A DNA stretch of 32,000 nt. Origin: an uncultured Opitutales bacterium (GTDB lineage: Bacteria; Verrucomicrobiota; Verrucomicrobiia; Opitutales; Intestinicryptomonadaceae). Below, in pieces: positions 24,469-31,924 of the stretch. Numbering within the stretch: the first letter of the stretch is position 1; the number at the start of each line of letters is the position of its first letter. The stretch is taken from NCBI GenBank assembly GCA_934660865.1, contig CAKUIA010000017.1:30303-62302 (forward strand), in the 5' to 3' direction. A program made the translations under genes and the position numbers. Under the pieces are notes generated by a model. The model was not told where the DNA came from. It ran no database searches and saw only the letters and a list, made by a program, of their open reading frames with translations.

Positions 24469-27216
24469 ATGAACTGCCAACTTTTAATAGTAAAAATACA
24501 GTCGCTTTTAAACGGCAAAAGCATACCGAACGAAAGCGAAATAAAAAGCCTGTGCGACGAATACAACGCCGTGCGCAATATGTGCGCCGACAGGCTACAG
24601 CGGTGCGTTGCCCTTATTCGCTCGAACAGGGACTATTTGGCCTTGCAGATTGCCGAAAGCGAACCGCCGGTTTTGGACACAATAAACCTGCTTGAATTTA
24701 AGGGCCTGCCCGAATGGCGCGCGCTGTGCGGCGAATACAACGCCGAATGTGCCCCCGATTTCGACGGATATTACATAGAGCTTTTGCAGTCGCTATACAC
24801 AAAGGACATAGGTCAAAACCACCCTCTTTACAGAGACTACCGCAGGGCAATGCGCAGCCGCAACTACGACGACGCGCTTAAAATAATCAAGACAATTTCG
24901 CGCATAAATTCGAATAACAACGACATTAAAGCCGAATATGTGCGCCTGCTAAAAAGCCGGGTAAACGAAAAGCTGGCCGAAATAAAAACCGCCCTGCAAA
25001 ACAACGACGCAGAGCGAGCCTTAAAGCTGTTCGCCTTTTTGGACGCAAACAGCTCGGAATTCGACACCGACAGCGACAGCTGGCGCGAAGTCTGCCAAAA
25101 AATCGGCGAGCTTAAACTTCAAAACGCAAAGGACGGCGCAAAAGACATTGTGCGCCGCCTAGGCGTGGTAGATGTGGAAAAAGACTACCGCGAGGCAATC
25201 TCGCTTTTCAACGAATTAAAGCTGCTTGTGTCGGAATATCCCGACATAGTTTCGCAAGGCGATTTGGACAAAGCCGAAGCCCTGAAAAACAAAGCCTTTG
25301 TTTTGAAGGACGAACGCGAAAAAACGGAACTTTCCGCCAGGGCCAAAACGGCGGCGCTTTTGGCTTTCGAAAGCGATTCAAAAAAGGGCAAAACCCTTGC
25401 GCAAAGACTGGCAGACTTTACCGAATTGCAAAACAAATACGGCAAATATTTCGACGAAAATACGGCAAAAAAAGTTTCCCAAAAAGTTTCGTCTATAAAG
25501 CACGCCTTAAAGATAAAACGCCTTGCAAAGCTGGCGCTTGCGTGTTGTGCCCTTGCATTTTTGGCCGTTTGCGCCGCGCTTTGGCGCAATAACAGCGTAA
25601 AAAACGGGCGCGTAAATTCGGCAAAGTCCGAAATCTTAAAAATGCAAAATCTGCAAAGCATAGGCGAAATAAAAAATTCGCTTGCGTATTTCGGCAAACA
25701 ATATGCCGAATTTGCTCCTCAATTTGAAAGGGAAATTGCAAACGCCGAAAACACCCTGCAAATGCTCGAAAGCAGAAAGGCGAAGATAGAAAAATCGCTG
25801 GAAAGTTTGGGGAAAATTAAAGCCGACACCATAAATTCGAGCACTTTTAAGGCGGCTAACGCCGAATTTGCGGCTTTGGAAGAAAGCGCGCAAAAGCTTC
25901 CCCCGCTCGACGAAAGCGAAATCTCCGAAAAAATACAGGCCACAAAACGCCGCTTCGGCATTTTAATGGACACCGTAAAAAACTCTTTCGAAAGGGAATT
26001 TTCGGCTGCGGCTAACGATGTAGAAAACTGCCTTTCGGCGGTTTCGAGCGACTACGGCAAAAGCTTCGAAAAATCGGTAGTCGAGTTGGGCGCGAAAGTA
26101 AAAACGCTAAAAGACATTGTTGAAAAATATTCTAGAATAGTGCCTTTGCACCCCCTAAACCAGACAAAATACAACGACTATATTTCGAAATATACCGCAT
26201 TTACCGTAAGGCTGCACGACATTAAAAACGCGGAAAACGCGATAAGCAACGCGCGTTCGCTGGACGAGTTTTATTCGGCCCTAACCCAGTTGTCGGCAAT
26301 AAACCCGCTGCCCGAGCGCTTTGCAAAAAACATAAAAATTGCCCAGTCGCAAAAAGAAAGCCTCCTTTACGGCGACTTGGCCGAAAAAATCGGAAAGAGC
26401 GCCTTTAAATGCGCAGGCAAAGAATTTTCCTTCGCCAAAATAGACCTCCTAAACGAATGGGAACAGCTATTCGACATATACGAATATGCCGATAAAGACG
26501 GCAAAAAAGTGTATACAAGCAAAATCCTTAAGGAAAGAACCAACGAATGGCCCGGCGGCTACGAAATCATACAAACCGGGCGCCAGTTTTCGCGCGACGG
26601 CTCGCTAAGGCACATATTGCGCCGCAAGCTTGTTTCGGGCGCGTACGTTAAGGTAAACGAGCTTCTTGCTGGCAAAACCCCCGCAAAGGAATCGCTATTT
26701 TTGGCAAATTTGGCGCGCAAACGCCCCTCTTTGCCCGAAGCTTTAAACGCAATAGCAAATGCCGACATTAACGGTGCATTTAAAGCCTATCTCGAATACT
26801 CGCTTTTTACCGCCCCGAATACCGACGACATTTCAAGCGGAACCGCATATTCCGAAAGCGCTATGGCGCGCAAACGCCTGGTACTCGAAAAAGCCGCCGA
26901 CCTTGCTCCGCTTTCTTGGCTGTATGCCGACAAGGCCAAAGTAGACGACATTAACTTTGCCCTATATTCGCAAAAATCGCCCGACTACCTAAAGGAGGCA
27001 ACCGAAACAAAAAACCTTGCAAAGACAATGCTCGAAAACCCGAAAATTTTTGTAGGCTATGCCGACGAGCTTTCGGTTGCGCATTTTTGCGGCGAAAACA
27101 GCGGCACAATTTTCGGGATTTCGGCCGCAAACGGCAAAGTTGTTGTTATATACGAAAACGGCAAGCTGGTGGAAAAACCCGCAATATTTTCGCCCCTGCT
27201 AAAGGCGCATAAATGA
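24469..27216 (+). CDS. large (915 aa) bitopic alpha-helical/coiled-coil membrane protein, unknown function
   Basis: It starts 3 nt after the previous stop. The sequence is rich in K/E/A/L heptad-like stretches. A single central TM helix LAKLALACCALAFLAVCAALW (~25525-25593) splits a ~355-aa N-terminal part from a ~540-aa C-terminal part. I recognised no catalytic motif. Confidence 0.6.
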   Translation: MNCQLLIVKIQSLLNGKSIPNESEIKSLCDEYNAVRNMCADRLQRCVALIRSNRDYLALQIAESEPPVLDTINLLEFKGLPEWRALCGEYNAECAPDFDGYYIELLQSLYTKDIGQNHPLYRDYRRAMRSRNYDDALKIIKTISRINSNNNDIKAEYVRLLKSRVNEKLAEIKTALQNNDAERALKLFAFLDANSSEFDTDSDSWREVCQKIGELKLQNAKDGAKDIVRRLGVVDVEKDYREAISLFNELKLLVSEYPDIVSQGDLDKAEALKNKAFVLKDEREKTELSARAKTAALLAFESDSKKGKTLAQRLADFTELQNKYGKYFDENTAKKVSQKVSSIKHALKIKRLAKLALACCALAFLAVCAALWRNNSVKNGRVNSAKSEILKMQNLQSIGEIKNSLAYFGKQYAEFAPQFEREIANAENTLQMLESRKAKIEKSLESLGKIKADTINSSTFKAANAEFAALEESAQKLPPLDESEISEKIQATKRRFGILMDTVKNSFEREFSAAANDVENCLSAVSSDYGKSFEKSVVELGAKVKTLKDIVEKYSRIVPLHPLNQTKYNDYISKYTAFTVRLHDIKNAENAISNARSLDEFYSALTQLSAINPLPERFAKNIKIAQSQKESLLYGDLAEKIGKSAFKCAGKEFSFAKIDLLNEWEQLFDIYEYADKDGKKVYTSKILKERTNEWPGGYEIIQTGRQFSRDGSLRHILRRKLVSGAYVKVNELLAGKTPAKESLFLANLARKRPSLPEALNAIANADINGAFKAYLEYSLFTAPNTDDISSGTAYSESAMARKRLVLEKAADLAPLSWLYADKAKVDDINFALYSQKSPDYLKEATETKNLAKTMLENPKIFVGYADELSVAHFCGENSGTIFGISAANGKVVVIYENGKLVEKPAIFSPLLKAHK

Positions 27217-27599
27217 AAAAATACAAAGTATATTGGAAAGGCCGCATTGTGGGCGAATACGGCCGCGCCGAAATTTTGGCTGCGCTAAACTACGGCAAGC
27301 TAGGCATGCTGCATTCGGTAGACTTGGGCAACGGCGAAATTGTGCCCATGCAAAGCTTTGTGGATTTGCAGCAAATTGCCGACAGCAAACCGCAAACTTC
27401 GCCTGCAGCGGTTTTGGCCGCCTATTTCCTTAGCGGATTGTGTTTTTTGGGCTGGCCGTTTTTGGCGGTTTTTGCGCCATACTGTTATTGGATATACCGC
27501 AAAGGGCAAAAAAAGGCGGCAGCCTACACTTTGGTTTTGTCGTTGGCGTTTTCGGTATTGGGCGCGCTTTTCTTTTATATAATGGGTAAACTCGGCTAA
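27213..27599 (+). CDS. small 2-TM membrane protein with GYF_2-like (DUF4339-type) N-terminal domain
   Basis: 128-aa ORF whose start overlaps the previous stop (ATGA). The N-terminus YKVYWKGRIVGEYGRAEILAALNYGKLGMLHSVDLGNGEIVPMQSFVDL follows the spacing of GYF_2 domains but lacks their conserved Trp residues. Two hydrophobic helices follow (AAVLAAYFLSGLCFLGWPFLAVF; AAYTLVLSLAFSVLGALFFYIMG). Confidence 0.45.
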   Translation: MKKYKVYWKGRIVGEYGRAEILAALNYGKLGMLHSVDLGNGEIVPMQSFVDLQQIADSKPQTSPAAVLAAYFLSGLCFLGWPFLAVFAPYCYWIYRKGQKKAAAYTLVLSLAFSVLGALFFYIMGKLG

Positions 27600-27703
27600 A
27601 AAAATTCCGTTTAAACTCATATTATGCTTGCAAAGGCAACCGTTTTATAAAAAATCTTTCAACACATATCAAATATAACTTACTAAACAATTTTAAAAAG
27701 ATT

Positions 27704-28267
27704 ATGAAAAAACTATACGCAGTTTCCTTAATGTTGGCGGCAATGTTTATGCTTTCGGCTTGCGAATCGTGGGACAACCCCTCGCCTTCCGATACTAACG
27801 CAGCCATGGGTTCGGCCGACAAAAACGGCAACTTGCCCGACGGCTCGTACGGCGCCGACGCCGAAGGCCTTAAAGGTCGCGGCATTAACTCGCTAGACGG
27901 TTTTGACCCCAACAACATCAATCCCGAAGATATCGTTTGCACGGTTTACTTCGGTTTCGACCAGTATGCAATTCCCGCCTCCGAAAGGGGCAAATTGAAG
28001 GAAGCGGCTCAATTCTATTCGGCCAACCCCAATGTTAAAACGGTTTTGGTAGGCCGCACCGACTGGTACGGCACCGAAGAATACAACCTTTTGCTTTCCG
28101 ACAAAAGGGCTTCGGCTGTTAGCGAATATTTGGAAACAAACGGCGTAAACGCCGCCAATATGGAAAGACTTCCCGTAGGCGAAGCAAACGCAACCCCCGA
28201 TGTCGATAAAAATTCGCCCCAGGCAAAGCAAGACCGCAGGGTTGAAATTGTAAAACTTACAAAATAA
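27704..28267 (+). CDS. pal: peptidoglycan-associated lipoprotein (OmpA C-terminal domain family)
   Basis: The lipobox is AAMFMLSA|C. The OmpA_C block is VYFGFDQYAI...VLVGRTDWYGTEEYNLLLSDKRASAVSEYL...QDRRVEIV. Confidence 0.85.
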   Translation: MKKLYAVSLMLAAMFMLSACESWDNPSPSDTNAAMGSADKNGNLPDGSYGADAEGLKGRGINSLDGFDPNNINPEDIVCTVYFGFDQYAIPASERGKLKEAAQFYSANPNVKTVLVGRTDWYGTEEYNLLLSDKRASAVSEYLETNGVNAANMERLPVGEANATPDVDKNSPQAKQDRRVEIVKLTK

Positions 28268-28287
28268 GCCCATAGCTAAATTTACCC

Positions 28288-28318
28288 AAAAAGCCGCGCC
28301 CATTGGTGCGGTTTTTTT
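28288..28318 (+). terminator. intrinsic terminator after pal
   Basis: aaaaagccgcgcc-cat-tggtgcggttttttt forms a GC-rich stem with one G-U pair, followed by a 7-T run, 21 nt after the stop. Confidence 0.75.
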
Positions 28319-28418
28319 GTGCCCGTAAAAATCGGGTTATTTGCATAAAATTTACTTTACTAAGCTTTATAATTTCTATAGCGTAAACCCTTACACGTTT
28401 ACCAACAATATTAGTTAA

Positions 28419-30014
28419 ATGAATCTTAAAAAATTCTGTATATATACCGCGGCGCTTTGCTCGGCTTTGTCGGCATTTGCGCTGGAAAACCTAATTCCCG
28501 AAACCCCGCAAAAAAATTCCATGAACACCTGGTGCACATGGGGTTCGCAAAGCAATGTTATAGGCCGATATAAAGACCGCATAAAAAGAGGCAAAACCGT
28601 GCCCGACTATGCGAAAGACATTACAAAAGTTTCGCAGCGCGACGGCATTAACGAGGAAACCGTTTTCGGCGAAAACGGCTGGGCAAAAAATTGGGGCGGT
28701 ATTAGGAAAGACTGCTACTTTATTTTGGACGACGGCTGGGACGTTGGCTATTACGAAAGACCCGCAGTAAACATTTCGGTTTTCGGCTCGCACATATTAA
28801 ACGAAACAAGGTTTCCCTCGGTTAAGGGAATGTCGCCGCAGGAAAGGCTAAAATGGCTAAACGACAAGCTTGTTGCCAACGGCTGGCTTGGCGGCGCGCT
28901 GTGGATTAGCGCGCAAAAATTCGGCGAAAACTACGGGCGCAACAAAATTAGCCCCGAAAACCAAATCGAATTTTGGAAAGAACGCATTGCCTGGAGCAAA
29001 TACGCAAATATAAGGTATTGGAAAGTAGACTGGGGAATACACTGTCTTGATGTCGGCTTTAGGAAAATGCTTACAAAGCTTGCCGCAAAAGAGTTCCCCG
29101 AACTGATTATAGAAAACGCGTATCCCGCACTGCCGGCAAACTTTATAAACAACATACAATTCAAAGACGGTAAGTATTTCGGCGACGGCAAATTTGCCAA
29201 TACTCCGCGCAAAGAGCTGGACAAGCTCGACGAAATTTTGGAGTTTTCCACCCTGTTTAGAACCTACGACACCTACGGCAATTCGGTTACCTTAGACCGT
29301 TGTGTATACGAGCTAAATTTCGGCTACGAAGAACAGCTTAATTTGTTTTTAACCTGCGAAGACAACCCCAAAATTGGAGCCGGCCTTGCAAGCTTTTGCG
29401 GCGAAATGAGGGCTATAGACCACAGGCGCGCGCGCGAATTTACGGCCTTTATCCACTGGCAAAGGATAGCGCCCGCCTTGGCGGCAAAAGATTTGCCGAT
29501 TAAAGTTTCAAACGAAAGGCTTAGCGAATTTAAAAAAGTAAGGAATTTGCCCGACGCTTTCAAAAAACGCACCGACCAAAGTTTGCCGCCCATCGAACAA
29601 AGCGCTCCCGCGGTTATCGTAAGGGGCAATATGGATTTGCCCGAAGTTAAAGTTGCCCAAAAAGACGCCTTGCAACCCTACGTTTTGGCCACAAAACACA
29701 CCAACGCAACCTTGTGCGTGTCTTTTGTAGAGCGCGACGAAAACCGCAATTACCAGACAGACACATTTGTAAACGAAAACTGCCTAAACCGCAAAATAGG
29801 AGTGTTCGGGCAATTCAATACGCTTACTTTTACGCTGCCCGACAATACAAAAAACGTAAAAGTTTTTGTGCAGGATTTAACCGAAAAAACGCCCAAAGAA
29901 ATTAAAAACTTTTCGGTAAACTACAATAAGCTTACAATAGGTTTCAACGACTTGGGCTTCGAAAAGCTTGCAAAAAAATATCCGGCATTCGTGCTTTTTG
30001 TAAAAAAAGGATAG
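28419..30014 (+). CDS. secreted glycoside-hydrolase-like protein (clan GH-D / alpha-galactosidase-like TIM barrel)
   Basis: 531-aa ORF with a signal peptide (MNLKKFCIYTAALCSALSAFA). NTWCTWGS, YFILDDGWD and RYWKVDWG parallel the WNSW, (I/L)DDGW and (Y)-x-K-x-D-x-(N/C) blocks of GH27/GH36 enzymes. The assignment is tentative. Confidence 0.45.
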   Translation: MNLKKFCIYTAALCSALSAFALENLIPETPQKNSMNTWCTWGSQSNVIGRYKDRIKRGKTVPDYAKDITKVSQRDGINEETVFGENGWAKNWGGIRKDCYFILDDGWDVGYYERPAVNISVFGSHILNETRFPSVKGMSPQERLKWLNDKLVANGWLGGALWISAQKFGENYGRNKISPENQIEFWKERIAWSKYANIRYWKVDWGIHCLDVGFRKMLTKLAAKEFPELIIENAYPALPANFINNIQFKDGKYFGDGKFANTPRKELDKLDEILEFSTLFRTYDTYGNSVTLDRCVYELNFGYEEQLNLFLTCEDNPKIGAGLASFCGEMRAIDHRRAREFTAFIHWQRIAPALAAKDLPIKVSNERLSEFKKVRNLPDAFKKRTDQSLPPIEQSAPAVIVRGNMDLPEVKVAQKDALQPYVLATKHTNATLCVSFVERDENRNYQTDTFVNENCLNRKIGVFGQFNTLTFTLPDNTKNVKVFVQDLTEKTPKEIKNFSVNYNKLTIGFNDLGFEKLAKKYPAFVLFVKKG

Positions 30015-30138
30015 TAAAAGCACGGGCAATCAAGGAACGAAAAGGTTTTTTTAGAGCGTTTTGTAGACAAAATTTATATTGACAAAACGGCTTAAAAAAC
30101 CTTTCATTCTTTGGTATATTCAAACTATAACACAGACT

Positions 30139-30897
30139 ATGAAAAAAGCTATAATATCAATCGTATCGTTGTTTGCGGCGTTCTCTTTTGCGAACGCACA
30201 GCAGCAAGTTAACGTACAACCCGCACAACAGCAAGTTAGTGCTGCACAGCCCGCACAACAACAGGTTGCCCAAAAAGCAAAGCCCGAATTTACATCGGCT
30301 TTGGGTAAAAACTATGTAGGCTTCGGCCTCGGCGGCGGCAATCTCGACGCTGGCATGGGCGGCAATAGCGCAATGTTGGGCGTTGCATTGGAAGGCAACA
30401 TCAATGTATTCCTTTCCGACGACGAAAGCTTCGGTTTGGACGTAAACGTTCCCCTAAAATATAACTTCTACGGCGTAGACGCGGGCGACAACTACCAAAC
30501 ATTCAACTTCCCGTTGAATTTCCGCCCCTTCTATAGATTTGTAGCGGCCGAAAACTTTGTAATTACCCCCTATGCCGACTGCGGCTTTGGCGGTATGTAC
30601 TCGCACTTCAACTCCAGAGATGTTGAACCCGACGGTATCAACCTTACCTGGAAATTGGGCGGCGGCGTAGAATTTTCGTTTGCCAAGAACTTCTCGTTCG
30701 CGGCAAAATATTCCTACAACGCAATAGGCGGCAACTACTTCATCTCGCACTACACAACAGTAGGCGGCGAATTTTCGTGGAAATTCTCGTTCCACATGGT
30801 TGCCTCCATCGAATACGGCCACGACTTCTACCCCACCCACTTCACAGGCATAGACGATGCCGACTGGGGTATGCTCAAGCTCCGCTACGAATTCTAA
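30139..30897 (+). CDS. outer-membrane beta-barrel protein (OMP_b-brl/OmpW-like) with Gln-rich N-terminal linker
   Basis: Start taken at the ATG at 30139 (MKKAIISIVSLFAAFSFANA|QQ signal peptide). It has alternating-hydrophobic beta-strand patterns, Gly/aromatic girdles, and the C-terminal LKLRYEF ending in Phe, as is typical for OMPs. Confidence 0.75.
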   Translation: MKKAIISIVSLFAAFSFANAQQQVNVQPAQQQVSAAQPAQQQVAQKAKPEFTSALGKNYVGFGLGGGNLDAGMGGNSAMLGVALEGNINVFLSDDESFGLDVNVPLKYNFYGVDAGDNYQTFNFPLNFRPFYRFVAAENFVITPYADCGFGGMYSHFNSRDVEPDGINLTWKLGGGVEFSFAKNFSFAAKYSYNAIGGNYFISHYTTVGGEFSWKFSFHMVASIEYGHDFYPTHFTGIDDADWGMLKLRYEF

Positions 30898-30917
30898 TTA
30901 CAAAAAGAATTCACCAC

Positions 30918-30948
30918 AAAAAAGCCGCCCTCCCGCGGCTTTTTTTTG
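30918..30948 (+). terminator. intrinsic terminator after the OMP gene
   Basis: aaaaaagccgc-cctccc-gcggctttttttt forms the stem agccgc / gcggct followed by an 8-T run. Confidence 0.75.
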
Positions 30949-31367
30949 TGCCCGATAAAAACCTCAACTTTGAAAAAGGCATTGCCCAAAAATTTGCTAA
31001 CTCATTAAAGAGGTACTCAAGCGAAAAACATTCTTGATTTTGATTTTTTTTGTGCAAATTACAAAGCTTAGAGACATTCCCTAAATTTACAGCCAAACAC
31101 AGCTACTACAGTAAGGTTGGTTGCCACCACGTTCCTTTCCTGTTTAATATCCAAGCCGAACAACCTAAAAATATATCTCTGTTTCGTATTCTTTGCCACT
31201 GAATATCTCCACTGCTAGCATATTGCCAGATACATCTTTTTTGTTGTGAGAGTTTAATAAAGCTGCAGCTTCGCTTTTGGTTAAGAAAGTTCCCATTGTT
31301 CACGTCATACTATTGCAGTTCTCACTTTGGGAGCTTTCTTTATATATTGATATTTAAGGTATCCGTA

Positions 31368-31924
31368 TTTTCAATTCACGCGCTCGCGAGGAGCGCGACG
31401 ATACAGCCTATAGTTGGGACGACGCCGCCCAAATAGTTTCAATTCACGCGCTCGCGAGGAGCGCGACCTCAATTTGTTTAAAATCACTGTTTTTATCTTC
31501 GTTTCAATTCACGCGCTCGCGAGGAGCGCGACATATTCTTTTGCCTCATATTCTTTTGGAGCAAAAGTTTCAATTCACGCGCTCGCGAGGAGCGCGACTA
31601 ACGGTATTTATTCACTCTCTTTTCGCAAAAAGTTTCAATTCACGCGCTCGCGAGGAGCGCGACTTGGCAGAAAGTATATAGCCAAGGTTATGTATTTGTT
31701 TCAATTCACGCGCTCGCGAGGAGCGCGACTGCCAGTTTCACGAACACCCTGTACGACTTCGTGTTTCAATTCACGCGCTCGCGAGGAGCGCGACAAACCG
31801 TGTCGGCAATGGAATCGAACTCTTTGGTTTCAATTCACGCGCTCGCGAGGAGCGCGACTCCTTGTACATAGCTTGCTTGCCCTTTGCACCGTGTTTCAAT
31901 TCACGCGCTCGCGAGGAGCGCGAC
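31368..31924 (-). CRISPR. CRISPR array, 9 repeats / 8 spacers, type I-C-like repeat
   Basis: The 32-nt repeat on the plus strand is GTTTCAATTCACGCGCTCGCGAGGAGCGCGAC, starting at 31368, 31436, 31501, 31567, 31632, 31698, 31763, 31827 and 31893. Spacers are 36, 33, 34, 33, 34, 33, 32 and 34 nt. The reverse complement GTCGCGCTCCTCGCGAGCGCGTGAATTGAAAC has a 7-bp GC stem (CGCGCTC/GAGCGCG) and ends in ATTGAAAC, as in type I-C repeats, so transcription is inferred on the minus strand. The leftmost repeat has a variant outer base (T instead of G), consistent with it being the trailer-end repeat. Confidence 0.95.

Noticed and set aside
25185-25697. 170-aa minus-strand ORF, plus similar ones at 24864-25067, 25493-25741, 25636-25893 and 25719-25973, inside the 915-aa gene
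   Set aside because: These are antisense shadows of a long uninterrupted plus-strand ORF. They are rich in S/F/A/R as expected from reading K/E/A codons backwards, and they have no start context.
28312-28331. Shared motif tttttttgtgcccg(a/t)taaaaa right after both the pal terminator (28312-28331) and the OMP terminator (30941-30960)
   Set aside because: It is only ~20 nt, and half of it is the terminator T-tract. It may reflect a common terminator flank or chance. Calling it a repeat family would need genome-wide counting.
31106-31303. 65-aa minus-strand ORF next to the CRISPR array, considered as a possible cas2 or small Cas-associated gene
   Set aside because: It lies on the trailer side of the array, not the leader side. 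It is W/C/R/Q-rich, has no ferredoxin-like Cas2 pattern and no RBS, and the other two frames are equally open in this AT-rich stretch.
31400-31892. Self-targeting of the window by CRISPR spacers
   Set aside because: Scanning by eye I found no protospacer for any of the eight spacers in this window. That is not exhaustive, so I make no claim either way, and a BLAST search is needed. Spacer 3 contains an internal duplication (atattcttttg twice), which is likely a property of its source.
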